A DNA stretch of 64,000 nt from Chiloscyllium plagiosum (Eukaryota), in NCBI RefSeq assembly GCF_004010195.1, contig NC_057719.1, positions 23,608,313 to 23,672,312 on the forward strand. Reading direction: 5' to 3'. The position numbers and the translations under genes were made by a program. Below, piece after piece: positions 1 through 13,989 of this stretch (positions are counted from its first letter, which is position 1; each line of letters begins with the position of its first letter). The notes beneath the pieces were generated by a model. That model saw only the letters and a program-made list of their open reading frames with translations. It did not search any database and had not been told where the DNA came from.

Positions 1-1734
1 TGAAAAAAACCCAGATTGTTTGTTAAGTCTCTCATCTTTTAGAATGACCATGTTGATTTCAGTTCTTTCATATGTAAATCACAAAACCTTTTTTAAGAGT
101 TACATTCTCAGGTGCACTTTAACAATTGGTGTCATTTCGGTCCAGATAATGTATTGAAGGCTGTCTGTGCCACAATGGTCAGACTGATTCTGATCTAAAA
201 AATTGATTTACAGAATCTTACATGGATTCATGCAGTTTTTGAGCAAAGTAAAATGTAATTCTGCAAGTACAAATTCACCCCACAAACTTATATGTGTATT
301 TGTGCATGTGGATGTGTGTGTGTAAGTGTGGGGGGGTGGGGTGGGTTTTGAGTGTCTATGCGAGGATGTGTGTATGTGTGTGAGTGACCCATTACAGAGA
401 TAAGGTTGTGTCTGGGATGGATGCTGTTCAGTATGGACTCAATGGGCAAAATAGCCTGCTTTTGCACTGTAGGGATTCTATAATTCTAAGCCAATGACAC
501 TCTCCCCTGTATCAAGCTTAAAAGTATTGAGAAGACCATTGACACAAACAACTTCTAGCAAATTAGAGTCAATTGGATCACTAGTTTTCCCTAGGAATAC
601 ATTGGGATTTTCTCAAATGCTAGAAGTCCGAATCCATTAACTTCTCTGTAGGAGTAAGTATTTAAGTATTTGTTGCCAATTGTACCTGCATCCTATTTCT
701 ACACATCTTCTGGAAGTGACCTATCATTTTATATATGTCACATTCTTGCCTTAGTTTGGCACAGCTTGTGCTTCAGAGCCTTTTTCATTAAAACATGCTT
801 CACAAGAAAATGATCAAATCCCATTTAACAATAAAGGGACATAAGAGGATATTAGGACAGGTGACCAAAACCTTGAAATGCGCGTGGTTGCTGACGGGAG
901 ATTCAGACATGATGGCCTAGTAACCTGAAGGCATGGCCTCACTGTGATGTGTTTAACATTGGGAAAGTATAAGAGCAGAGTGGAGCAGGGAAACGTTATA
1001 GAGGAGATTGTAAGATTGTTAGAGGTGACAAATATAAAGTTTTTTATACACGGAGAGATTTGAATAAAAATATTTAACAGACATATTGCTGGACCCTAAT
1101 TCAATTAACTACAAGCACAATGGTGGTGGATGAATTAGTCTTGCGATGCAGATGTGAGAGTCATGGATGAACCGAAGCTAACAGAGAGTAGGATGGTAGT
1201 CCAAGTAGGAAAACGTTGTAAAAGACAAATTAATGAAGGCAGACAAGATTCTGGTGTTAATCTTTCGAGGAATGCAATATAAAAGAAGATAATATTAAAC
1301 TGATATTAAACATTTGTTAGACTACATTGAGCTGAAGAAACTTTGAAGACAATGCATTGCATTCTGAATTACAGTACTTTGTGCATTTTCCCTCCCTGTA
1401 TTATAAATCTGATGTTGAAGCACTGGAGAAAGCAGAGGAAGTATTTGCAAGGATCTTACTAAGTTTGAAAGGATGTAACTATCAAATCAGGAAATTGTTC
1501 AGGCTGGAGTTCTTTTCTTTGAAAAAGCAAGGACTAAGAGGTAATCAGACACATTGAATTGAATTCTTTTTGGAGCTTGCTGATGAGAGCAAACGCAGGA
1601 ACTGGTTCCCTGCCAGTGGGCAGCACAGCCTGAGATATGGGAGTGGCATTTTTCTGGCAACGTCCTTTAAAAGGATCCTCTCCAGGTTTGACAGTGACCC
1701 TTCCCAGTGGGCAGGTAAAATTAAGCCAAATGAG

Positions 1735-3390
1735 GGGATAACTAAAATTTTTGAAGACATTTCGAAGAGGTAAATTGTGTCTCATAAACTGGATTGAGTT
1801 TTTTAAGGAAGTGATCAAAAAGATTGATGAGGGCAGAGCGGTGGATGGTGTTTACTTGGTTTTTAGTAAAGTCTTTGACAAGGTTCCACATGGTAGACTA
1901 ATAAGTAAAGTTAGATCACATAGGCTTCAGGGAGAGCTTACCAACCTGGATACAAAATGGCATTATAGTAAAAGACATGAGGGTAGTGCTAGAAGGTTGT
2001 TTTTTCGGACTAGAGACCTGTGACCAGCAGTGTTCCACCAGGATCAGTACTGGGTCCAATTTTGTTTATCATTTATAGAAATGATTTGGATGAGAGTATA
2101 GTAAGTTTGCAGATGACACCAAAATTGGTAGTATAGCAGACAATGAAGAAGGTTATCTAAGATTACAAGGAGATCTTAATCTTTATTGGTCAGAGTATTG
2201 AATACAGGGATTGGGAGGTCATGTTGTGGCTGTACAGGACATTGGTTAGGCCACTGTTGGAATATTGCATGCAATTCTGGTCTCCTTTCTATTGGAAAGA
2301 TGTTGTGAAACTTGAAAGGGTTCACAAAAGATTTACAAGGATGTTGTCAGGGGTGAAGGATTTGGGCTATAAGGAGATGTTGAATAGGCTAGGGCTGTTT
2401 TCCCTGGAGCATCAGAGGCTAAGGGGTGACCTTATAGGGGTTTATAAAATCATGAGGGGCATAGATAGGATAAACAGACAAAGTCTTTTCCCTGGGGAGC
2501 CCAGAACTAGAGGGCATAGGTTTACGGTGAGAAGGGAAGAATATAAAAGAGACCTAAGAGGCAACATTTTCACAGAGGGTGGTAATGTGTATGGAATGAG
2601 CTACCAGAGATAGTGGTGGAGGCTAGTACAATTGCAACATTTAAAAGACATCTGGATGGGTATATGAATAGAAAGAGTTTGGAGGGATATGGGCCAGGTG
2701 CTGGCAGGTGGGACTAGATTGGGTTGGGATATCTGGTCAGCATGGATGAGTTGGACCGAAGGGTCTGTTTCCATGCTGTACATCTCTATGACTCTATGAT
2801 TAATTGGGTCAATGAACTAAGGAGTGGCAGATGGAGTTTAATTCAGATAAATGCGAGGTATTGCATTTTGGTAAAACAAATGAGGGCAACACTCGTACAA
2901 TTAATGGTAGGGCCCTTGTCAAACAGAGAGAACTCAAGATGCAGGTACATAATTCTTTGAAACTTGTGATTACATATAGACAGGATGATTAAGAAGGAGT
3001 TTAGCACACTTGCCTTCATTGCACAGGCCTTTGAGTACAGGAGTTGGAATGTCATGTTCAGGTTAAACAAAGTGTTGGTGAGGCCTCTTCTGGGGTAGTG
3101 TGTGCAGTTCAGGTCACCCTGTCATAGGAAGGATATCATTAAACTGGAGAAGGTTCAGAAAGGATTTACCAGGGTGTTGTTGAGAATGGAAGGTTTGAGT
3201 TATAAAACTAGGCTGGATTGGCTGGGACTTTTGTCATTGGAGCATAGGAGGGTGCAGGGTGACATTATAGAGGTTTATAAAACTATGAGGGGCATAGATA
3301 AGGTGAATAGCAAAGGTCTTTGCCCTACAGTGAGGAGTTTAAAACTAGGGAAATTATTTTTCAGGTGCAAGGAGAAAGATTTAAAAATAT
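1735..3390 (+). mobile_element. CR1/HER1-like LINE RT 3' region; younger 3' fragment (~2181-2797) nested in an older copy
   Basis: ORF-track peptides with CR1 RT motifs (VDGVYLVFSKVFDKVPH; LYRTLVRPLLEYCMQFWSP; RLRGDLIGVYKIMRG). (ctctatga)n tail ends ~2797. Older copy resumes at 2798. Confidence 0.9.
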
Positions 3391-5133
3391 CAGGCAAAGT
3401 TTTTCTTCCTGATTTAACTAGATATCTATTCTTGCAGTTCCTTCCCATAAAAAGGGTCTTTATTTAGACGTCTCAATATTAACCTAAAATTTGCTGGGCT
3501 AGTTGAAAAGAAATTCAACAAAAATAACCTGGAACCTGTTGATGACCTGATGATTAGAACGGTCACTGGTTTTAATGTGGTTCTTTGTCGGAAGGAATGA
3601 GTGAATGTTTAATGAGGTGTTACAACTCAACACTGATAACTGATCTGTCACAGTGTCTGGCTGGAGTCTTGTTTAAAAGCAGACACAGTGAATTAGGTGT
3701 AATATGGACCCTTTATTAGCTAACAAAGAGTACTTGATCAGAGAACTGCACAATATAAACATCATACCTGACCTTGTGTGAGCAGGGCAGCTTTAGAATG
3801 CCACTGCTTATCAGAATGGACAGCCGCATTTTAAAGATGTTACCAGTTCAACAGTGGGTATGCATTAAGTGGTGAGTTGTGCTGGAAAGATGGCACTACA
3901 ATCAGATGCAACGGATGCCATAAGCACATAATAGGTAGGTAATGAAACAGGCTTGGTAAGATATGACGGAAGAACTCTCTAGGTCTTGTGGCAAAAAACC
4001 CTTTGGAAAACTCAATGCCATTCACTTACTTAAAAACATAAAGTTCAGTCCATCCTCTTCAAATTTCGGCTAATTCCCTGGACTGAGCATAGAAATGAAG
4101 GGCTAACATTTACAGTTTTTGGCAAAGTGCTCTCTTGACTTTCATAGAGGGCTTCTCTCTGGGTATAGTTACCTATCCCATCCTATGAAAACACTCTTGC
4201 CTAATTCTAGCCCCATGCTACCGCTCAAAAGCATCTCCTAACACAAGGCTGGATCCGAACAGAGCAAATCACACAATGTGTGCAGTGTGCTTTAAACAGC
4301 AATATGATGCACGTAAATTTACATCACCAAAAAGAAATCTTTTACTGTTTCATGATAGTTGTTAGTACCAGAACACCATGACAGATGTCTGAGCACTTTG
4401 TGTCATCAGGTAATTTCTCTTATTTGACCTGGAAGAATTAGATAATGAAAGTATGATTGTAAAGCAATTCAGATTCAACATTACTGTTGGTTTCTCGCTA
4501 AAATTCATTGTCCATCACTTTCATGAGTTTAGGACAAGAATCCTACTTCAGTAGCAAAATAATTCCCTTTGAATTGATCGTGTTTGATCCAAAGGAAAGG
4601 GAAAGAGCATGAAATGAGATTTGCAAAATGACTATTATATTTTCAAAAAAATTCAGTGATGTTTGCAAATACCTCAAATCATATACTATGCCTCAGGCAC
4701 ATACTTAAGACTACAATTGATCTTTCTCTTGTAATTAATAATTAAAAAGCTATTAAACCATGAACCACATAAAAAATTGGTGTGCAAGTTATAATGTGAC
4801 ATAATACCATTGTCCTCCTCTGATGATTAAATTGTTGTTGAAATTACTCCTAATGCAGATACTGCTGTGCTTTCCTGGATCTCAGAAAAGCATTTTTTTG
4901 GGAAAGTCATTAAGCTGCGATTTGAAAATGCAAGCTTTCTTGACCATGTAGCTGACATGCTTTTTCTCAAGAAACAACCTTTTCAAAACAACGCATTTTG
5001 AATCTACTCACTAAACAGGAAAATGATTTATTCACTTTCATGAGCCATTTGTAAGATATAATTGTAGTTTCCTCAGGCAACATATTTGAATCATACATTA
5101 GTTTGTTAAAAAGGAAATAAACAGCATTTTTAC

Positions 5134-5203
5134 CTGTAAAGGGCTGTAGCATACTGATAGCTTTTTCCAACTGCCCCACGTGCCACACTTGTTTTCGGTT
5201 GTG
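5134..5203 (-). CDS. Candidate 70-nt exon of unidentified host gene
   Basis: Minus strand ...ttttaaaatag|CACAACCG...TTTACAG|gtaaaa. CpG-containing island in AT-rich unique DNA. All three frames are open, so the frame is unresolved. Confidence 0.4.
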
Positions 5204-7293
5204 CTATTTTAAAAATTTTTACTTGCAAATCGATTGGACCTTTTGAACTGTATTCTTTTAAAAATATTGGCCTGTTGATTGGAGGCTGAACAAGTTATCC
5301 TACTGAATCTTCGCAAAGTTGTTACATTTATTGATGTTGCTGTCCTCACGAGTGGGCATCATGTCTGATTTCCACACCACCCTTTCAAGAGCCATTCCCG
5401 CAACAACTCCACATTCACTGGCAATCCATCCTAGGACCAGCATCCCTTGCTGTGCGCCATCTTTGAAAGCCAGGAAAGGACCTGGAGGAACACTGGTGTC
5501 TGGATTAGCCTTGAGGACTGAGGAGAGATGGTTGAGAAAGGGAAGCTGGCACCACTATCCAGGTGTCCTTTCCTCATAAAGAGACAGTGAGGTGCAGTAG
5601 GTATTCAGCCAGAGGAGGACCCACACACACAGATGACAATTTCCAGTCAGGACACTGCGGAGATGGCCAGGCCCTCACTCCACCTTGACTGCCCCCTCTA
5701 ACATTCCCGAACCGAGAATGGTCAACATGCCTCTGGCTTCTCCAGTTGCAAATGCTCCCACGTTCACCCGATAAAAGCTCCAGAGCCAACAGATTCCAAT
5801 ATGAACCAGGTCCACTCTACCCTACCTGCAGAACAGGGGAGCTCAGTGCGGAGCAACAAGATTGACAGGAGACAAAAATGGTACAGGGTGCACATTTAAG
5901 CCATGATGGACTATTATATAGAAAGTTTGTTTTCCAAATAAATGTTCATTTCTCACCATTCACAAGGTAGTCACAGTCCTGTGAAGGGCACAGATGCTTC
6001 ACTGCATCCTGCAGCATTACTCCTTGGGCCTCAGTGAGATGCAGTGATTGGAGTTGCACGCTGAAGTCAAATCAATCATATTGGAATAGGGGCACCATTG
6101 TGTGTGCATTGCCTTGACTCACTCCAGCATTTTACCTCCCCCCCACTACCCCAATATTGGTTACTGCTTGCTTGGCTGTATATGTGACCATTCCCCAGAA
6201 GCATTCTCCTTGCACCTGTATTGCCAAGATATCACCTGTGTTTGCTGCTAATGTTGCTCCTTTGTGGGTGCCCAGTGACCAGTTGCAGAACATAGCTCCC
6301 TCCTTCATATATTGACTTATATTGACTCACTTAACCTGCCCATTGTGATATGTTTGCGGTCATTCTCCTCAATATTGCTTGCTCTCCATACGAGCGGTCC
6401 TGGCTTCCTGCCTTCAGTGTCCTGCCACAGAGACCCCCAACATCTCCCTTCCTCTTCAGTGATGGATGATTCCAGAAAGCTCAAAGGCTTTACATTTCCC
6501 CACATCATCACCCAAGCCATCTACAAATGCCTACAACTGTCCCTCACGCAACCTCTACTTCCTTTAGGTTATTTGAACATAACCATGGTCCATCTCCATG
6601 AGTGACCTGACTTGCCAACACAACCCCAAACTTACTCAGACTCCTGACTGCTGTCATGTCCCTGACCTCCCGACAGCCCCCACCATCCCTTCCCCTCACC
6701 CCTTCCCCTCCCCATCCCTAGATTGACCCAAATAGACTCAACGGGCTGACTATAACCTGCACTCTGGAGAAAAGAGACGAGGACTCCCAAGCCACCCAAG
6801 CCAACGGCCATGACTAAGGTCAAAACCGGAGACTGGTATGGGAATCTTCCTTTGACTAATATTGCTGGTTCCCTGTGACTGACTGGACCTAAATGTGGAC
6901 TACTCCCTGAAGACTTTCAGATATATTCTACTTTGTGTTGCAGACACTGTTTGGCGCAGACACTGAGACCACATGGTGCAGGTGCTACAGCGACATGGCA
7001 TGCTGCTGTACTGCAAGATGCATAGCCCCCTTGACTGCTGACTGCTGCGCAGTACAGCCACCTGTCTGCTTGTGTAACTGTACCAATTGCCATTGCGAGG
7101 CACAGCATTGGGATACAAGGCACACATGCTGCAGGCACATGGTGAGGCACCAGGTGAATAAACACTGAAGGAGCAAGAGAGCAGCTCTGGTCAGCAGCCA
7201 GATCCATGCCACAGAGTGCTGGCTGTCCCTGTGTAATAACTGGACCTGACATAACCCTACTCTACTGAGTGCTGTGATGCCCTCCTAGACATT

Positions 7294-7565
7294 AGAACAT
7301 AGAACATAGAAGAATACAGCGCAGTACAGGCCCTTTGGCCTTCGATGTTGCGCCGATCCAAGCCCACCTAACCTACACTAGCCCACTATCCTCCATATGC
7401 CTATCCAATGCCCGCTTAAATGCCCATAAAGAGGGACAGTCCACCACTGCTACTGGCAGGGCATTCCATGAACTCACGACTCGCTGAGTAAAGAACCTAC
7501 CCCTAACATCTGTCCTATACCTACCCCCCCCCCTTAATTTAAAGCTATGCCCCCTTGTAATAGCT
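7294..7565 (-). mobile_element. CR1 LINE 3' end
   Basis: TRGHSFKL..YRTDVRGRFFTQRVVSSWNALP; (tagaaca)n tail at ~7294-7310. Confidence 0.85.
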
Positions 7566-7699
7566 GACATAGCTGTAATAGCTCGGGTCATGCAGCACTC
7601 CATACACCTATCAGCCTTGCCCTTATCAGGAACATACTGTCTCTGTACGCTCATTGTTGCAGGCCTATGGAGGCAATGGTAGATGAGGACAGAGAATCA

Positions 7700-9001
7700 A
7701 TCATTCTCAGTAAAGTGGGAAAGCTAACAGCCGAAAGGTGGATGGCCCTGATAGAATGTTTCCCAGGGGACTAGAAGAGATGACGGGAGGAAATAGTAAA
7801 CGTGCTCGGGGTAATTCATTAAAACCTGCTGGACTCTGGGATGGTTCTGAGAGATTGGAAAGCTGCAAGCATAGTTTTAAAAACGTACCCGTTAGCTTAA
7901 CTTCTGTCATGGGGAATATGCTTGAATCTCTCAAGGGCGTAGTAGCGAGATATCTGGGTAGAAATTGTCCCATTGACTATAGATTCATGAAAGGCAGGTC
8001 GTGTTTAACACATTTACTGGAATTATTTGAGCACATGATGAGCACATTGGATACGTGGATGTAGTGTATTTGGATTTCCAGAAGGTAATCGACAAGCTAC
8101 TATACAAACGGCTGTTGTATAGGTAAAGGTGCACGGCATTATGGGTAATGTATTAGCATGGATAGAGGATTGGTTAATGAACAAAAAGTAAAGAATAGAG
8201 ATAAATGGGTGTTTGGATTAATGTTGGCACCGCAACTGTTTACAATTTATACAAATGTTTTGGAGTTGAGGACCAAGTATACCGTGTCAGAGTTCACATT
8301 TGACACTAAGATGAGTGGAAGAGCATTGTGTGCAGAGACCACTGTGAGTCTGCACAGGGATATAGATAGTGGGTAAGGGTCTGGCAGATGGAGGACAATG
8401 TGAGGTCATCCGTTTTAGCCGGACTAACAGCAAACTGGATGATGAAACGTTGAAAACTTTCAGCATGCTGCTCTACAGATGGAGCTGGCTGTCCTTGTGC
8501 ACGAATCACAGGAAGTTAGTTTGCAGGTGCAGAAAGTAAATAAGACAGTGAAGGGAACATTGTGCTTCATTGCTTGAGGGATGGTGACGCTGCAGCTGTA
8601 CAGGGTGCTGGTGAGGTCATACCTGGAGTAATGGGTACAGGTTTGGTCTCTTTACTTTAGCAAGGATGTACTGGCACTGGAGGGAGTACAGAGGAGGGTC
8701 ACTAGTTGGAGTCTGGAGTTGAGAGGGTTGGCGTATGTGGAGAGATTGAGTAGACTGGGACTATACTCATTGTAATTTAGAAGAATGTGAGGTTGGATAG
8801 GAAAAATATGATTATGAAAGGAATAGATAAGATAGAAGCAGGGAGATAATTTCCACTGGGGACAGGTGAAACTAGAGAGTATAGCAACAAAACAAGGGGG
8901 GAGCAGATTTAGGACTGGGTTCAGGAGGAGCTTCTTCAGCTAAAGGTTTGTGAATCTGTGGAATTGCTTGCTGAGTGAAGCAGTTGGGCTTTCATCTTGA
9001 A
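7700..9001 (+). mobile_element. Degenerate CR1 LINE RT region
   Basis: PVSLTSVMGNMLES, FMKGRSCLTHLLELFE, VYLDFQK-like DNA; many frameshifts. Confidence 0.85.
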
Positions 9002-9684
9002 NNNNNNNNNNNNNNNNNNNNNNNNNNNNNNNNNNNNNNNNNNNNNNNNNNNNNNNNNNNNNNNNNNNNNNNNNNNNNNNNNNNNNNNNNNNNNNNNNNN
9101 NNNNNNNNNNNNNNNNNNNNNNNNNNNNNNNNNNNNNNNNNNNNNNNNNNNNNNNNNNNNNNNNNNNNNNNNNNNNNNNNNNNNNNNNNNNNNNNNNNNN
9201 NNNNNNNNNNNNNNNNNNNNNNNNNNNNNNNNNNNNNNNNNNNNNNNNNNNNNNNNNNNNNNNNNNNNNNNNNNNNNNNNNNNNNNNNNNNNNNNNNNNN
9301 NNNNNNNNNNNNNNNNNNNNNNNNNNNNNNNNNNNNNNNNNNNNNNNNNNNNNNNNNNNNNNNNNNNNNNNNNNNNNNNNNNNNNNNNNNNNNNNNNNNN
9401 NNNNNNNNNNNNNNNNNNNNNNNNNNNNNNNNNNNNNNNNNNNNNNNNNNNNNNNNNNNNNNNNNNNNNNNNNNNNNNNNNNNNNNNNNNNNNNNNNNNN
9501 NNNNNNNNNNNNNNNNNNNNNNNNNNNNNNNNNNNNNNNNNNNNNNNNNNNNNNNNNNNNNNNNNNNNNNNNNNNNNNNNNNNNNNNNNNNNNNNNNNNN
9601 NNNNNNNNNNNNNNNNNNNNNNNNNNNNNNNNNNNNNNNNNNNNNNNNNNNNNNNNNNNNNNNNNNNNNNNNNNNNNNNNNNNN
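9002..9684. other. Assembly gap (N run)
   Basis: Continuous Ns. Confidence 1.
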
Positions 9685-9950
9685 GCCCCACATCCTAAGT
9701 CATGCCTCACCGCTTCATAATTTCTCTGCCCCCAGCTATAACTCTTGCCCTGCAGTGCACACTTATCCCTCTCCATCACTAGAGTAATAGTCACCGAATT
9801 GTGGTCACTGTCCCCAAAGTGCTCACCTACCTCTAATTCTAACACCTGGCCTGGTTCCTTACCCAGAACCAAATCCAGTATGGCCTCACCTCTTGTTGGC
9901 CTGTCTACATATTGTGTCAGGAAACCATCCTGCACACATTGGACAAACAA
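9685..9950 (-). mobile_element. CR1 LINE APE endonuclease fragment
   Basis: FLTQYVDRPTRGEAILDLVLG..GEHFGDSDHNSV (APE SDH motif). Confidence 0.9.
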
Positions 9951-9959
9951 ACATTGTTT

Positions 9960-11105
9960 TTTATTCATTTAAAGGATGTGGGCATCACTGGGTGGCCAGC
10001 ATTTATTACCCATCCCTAGTTGCCCTTGAGAAGGTATTATCAAAGATTCTTTGGGGAATTTCTGTAGTGCATCTTTCAGATAGTACATGCTGCTGCTACT
10101 GAGCATCAGAGCTTGAGGGAGTGGATGCTGTGGATGTAGTGCCAATCTAGCGGGCTGCTTTGTCCAAGATGCTGTCAAGCTTCTTGAATGTTGTTGGAGA
10201 TGCACCCATGCAAATAAGTGGGCAATATTCCATCACACTCCTGACTTGTGAATTGCAGATGATGGACAGACTTTGGGGATCAGGAGGTGAGTTACTCACT
10301 ACAGTATTCCTAGCCTCTGACCTGCTGTTGTAGCCACTGCATTTATGTTGTGAATCTCGTTAAGTTTGTGGTCAATGATAACCACCAGGATGTTGATGAT
10401 GGGGGATTCAGTGACAGTAACACCATTGAATGTCAAAGGGTGGTGGTTAGATTGTCTCTTATTGATGATTGTCATCGTCTGACATTTGTATGTCACAAAT
10501 GTCACTTGCCACTTGTCAGTTCAAGCCTGGATATTATCCAGAGCTTGTTGCATTTGAAGATGGACTGCTTCAGTATCTGAGGAGTCGCAAATGATGCTGA
10601 GTATTGTGTTATTACCAGCAAACCTCCCCACTTCAGACCTTATGATGGAGGGAAGGTCATTGATGAAGCAGCTGCAGATGGTTGAGCCAAAGACACTAGC
10701 CTGCGGAACCCATACAGAGATGTCCTGTAACTCCAACAACCACAACCATCTTCCTATGTGCCAGGTTTGATACCAACCAGGGGAGAGTTTGCCCCATATT
10801 TCATTGATTCCAGATTTGCTAGGGACTACTCTCCACGAGGACTGTGCAGTGGTCACTTTTAACAATACTGTCATGGAGAGATGCATCTGCAGCCAGCAGA
10901 TTGGTAAGGATGTGGTTAAGTATGTTGTTCCATCTTGCTGTTTCCTTCACCACCTGCTGCAGACCCAGACTAGCAGCTATGTCCTTTAGGACCCAACCAG
11001 CTCGATCAATAGTACTGCTACCGAACACTCTTGATGGTGGATCCCCACCCAGAGTACATTTTGTGCCCCGTCATCCTCAGTGCTTCCTCCTAGTGCTGTT
11101 CAACA
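9960..11105 (-). mobile_element. L2/CR1-group LINE fragment (second family) with its 3' tail
   Basis: VPQASVFGSTICSCFINDLPSIIRSEVGRFA (decayed PQGSVLGP/FADD); ILNHILTN..SDH endonuclease remnant. Tail 'aataaatgctggcc..gcccacatcc' recurs at ~51490-51550 and ~51975-52225. Confidence 0.8.
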
Positions 11106-11859
11106 TGCCTATCCTTCGACGCTAAATGTTAAATTTGAGAAAGATGTGTTGTTTATTTCAATGTATTTCTACCTATTTGATAATCAAAAAATTTCCTATT
11201 TGAAAATATCCTTTCACCACTAAGTTCAATCATGTATAACCCTCTGAGTAACAGACTAAGAGTAAGATATTTCTACAGGATGAAAGTTATCTGTTTTTGG
11301 ATCTATTTTGCTGTAACTATTACAGAGATAATTATCAGATTTATTTTGATAATATGTGTTGCAGCCTCTAAAACAGACTTTTGTTTTTTTCCGTACTGGT
11401 CTGTATTTTTTTTCCCTGGAAGAACTGTGTTTAATAATTGATGATAACTATCATCTGCAATGCCACAGGCTTTCTTATCATTGCTGTTGTTTTGAGGGGA
11501 TGCTTATAGACAGTTCTAAACAATGTGCTTCAAGTCTTATAATTAATCCCAGTTTTGAAAAAAAGATGGATTGTTTTTGATTAACTTAAAATGCTGTTCT
11601 TTATTTGTAGCACTGACATCGCTTCCAAACAATCTCAGAATCTGCTGAAACCATTCATTACCTCAAGACTGGATGGCCCCAACACAATCTTGGATCGGTC
11701 TCCTATCCCATGCACTGGAGACCCACTGGTAAGATCATGTACCCTATCCTCCTTCTCTCAGAGATCTGCAGCACAGAAAGTGTCCCTTTGGCCCATTGGA
11801 TCTGTCCCAGACAAAAACAACCACCAATTAGTCCAATCCTATTTTTCAGCACTTGACCC

Positions 11860-13960
11860 ATAGCCTTCACCCACTCCAACCTCTCACCCTGACGATGCAC
11901 AGCCCTCTATTCCCTCTGCTCCGACCCCGACATCACCAACAAACCAGCAGACAAGGGGGTGTTGTGGTAGTTTGGCACACTGACCTCTGCACCGCTGAAG
12001 CCAGGTGTCAACTTACAGACACCTCCACCTACCTGCCCCCTGGACCACAACCTCACTTCCCATCACCAAACCATCATCTCCTAGACCATCTACAACCTCA
12101 TCACCTGCAGCCTCCAACCTCATAGTCCCGGAACCCCGCACCACTCGGTTCTACCTCCTACCAAAAATTCACAAACCTGACTACCCCGGTTGTCCCATTG
12201 TCTCAGCCTGCTCCTGCCCACCAAACTTATCTCTGCATACCTTGACACCGCCCTGTCCCCCTTAGTCCAGGAACTACCCATCTAAGCTCGGGACACCACC
12301 CAATCCCTACACCTCCTCCATGACTTTCCTTTCCCCAGCCTCCAATGCCTTATCTTCACCAGGGATATCCAGTCATTGTACACATTTATCCGGCATGATG
12401 AAGGCCTTCAAGCCCTCCATTACTTCCTCTCACATTGACCCAAACAGTATCCTTCCACTGACACACTCATACTCCTGGTTGAACTGGTCCTCACCCTCAA
12501 CGATTTCTCCTTCCAATCCTCCCACTTCCTCCAGACTAAAGGAGTAGCCATATGCACCTGCATGGGCTCCAGCTGTACCTGCCTCTTTGTCGGATATGTG
12601 GAACAGTGTGTCTTCCACAGCTACACCAGCACCATTCCCCACCTTTTCTTCTGCTACTTCAATCACTGTACTGGCGCCACCTCATGTTCCCATGAGGAGG
12701 TTGAACAGTTCATCAACTTCACAAGCACCTTCCACCCCACTCGCAAGTTCACCTGGACTATCTTGAACACCTCCCTCCCCTTCTTGGACCTCTCCATCTC
12801 CATTTCTGTTGATCGACTCAACACGGACATCTACTACAAACCCACAATTCCCACAGCTACCTGGACTACACCTTCTCCCACCCTGCCTCCTGTAAAAACA
12901 CTATCTCCTATTCCCAATTCCTCTGCCTCCACTGCATCCTCTCCCAGGAGGATCAATTCTACCGTAGAACATATCATATGGCCTCCTTCTTCAAAGACCG
13001 CAATTTCCCCTTCCGTGTGGTCGATGATGCCCTCCAGTGCACCTCTTCCATTTCCCACAACTCTGCCCTTGAAGCCTATCCCTCCGATCACAACAAGGAC
13101 AGAAGCCCCTTGGTCCTCACATTCCACCCCACAAACCTCCGCGTACTTTGCATCAACCTCTGCCATTTCCGCCACCTACAAACAGACCCCACCACTAGAG
13201 AAGTATTTCCCTCCCCACCACTACCTGCATTCCAGAGAGACAGTTCCCTCCGCGACTCCCTTGTCAGGTCCACATCTCCTACCAACCGACCCTCCATTCC
13301 CGGCACCTTCCCCTGCCACTACAAGAAGTGCAAAACCTGTGTCCACATTTCCCCCCTCACCTCCATCCAAGGCCCCAAAGATCCTTCCACATCCACCAGA
13401 GATTTACAAATACATCCACATGCGTCATCTCCTGTGTCCGTTGCACCCGATGTGTCCTCCTCTATATCAGGAAGACAGAATGCCAACATGCGGATCTTTT
13501 CAGGGACACCCACACTAAACAACATCCCGCCCCGGTGGCTGAACACTTCAATTCCCCCTCTCACTCCACCAAAGATATGCAGGTTCTGGGCCTCCTCCAT
13601 AGCCAAACCCTAACCACCTAACGTCAGCAGGAAGAATGCCTCATCTTCTGCCTTGGGACCCTCCAGCCACACGGGATCAATGTGGATTTCACCAGTTTCC
13701 CCATTATCCCCTCCCCACATTATCCTAACTCCAACCTTCCCACTCGGCACCGCCCTCTTGAACTGTCCTACCTGACCATCTTCCTTCCCACTTAACTGGT
13801 CCACCTTCCTCTCCGACCTATCACTTTCATCCTCACCTTCATCTATCTATCACATTTCCAGCTACCTTCTCCCCAGCCCCAACCCCCTCCCATATATCTC
13901 TCTGTCCTCTAGGGCCACCAACTTTCCTGATGAAGACCTTATGCACAAAACATCGGCAGT
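11860..13960 (+). mobile_element. Penelope-like element (family 1): decayed RT + GIY-YIG endonuclease, HHR remnant at 3' end
   Basis: RFYLLPKIHK, MGSSCTCLFVGYVEQ, LPFLDLSI, TDIYYKPT, CKTC, VISCVRCTRCVLLYIRKT (GIY-YIG), PVAEHFN; degenerate CTGATGA motif at ~13927-13954. Confidence 0.9.
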
Positions 13961-13989
13961 CCTCCATAGACTTTCTCCATAGACTTGAA

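Noticed and set aside
1580..1605. CTGATGAG motif as another hammerhead
   Set aside because: No stem II followed by GAAA.
8936..9968. Long ORFs of 233-342 aa
   Set aside because: Artefacts of the N gap; the real portion is a CR1 endonuclease fragment.
12562..13613. 318-aa and 211-aa ORFs as host genes
   Set aside because: Frameshifted pieces of a Penelope-like RT/GIY-YIG ORF.
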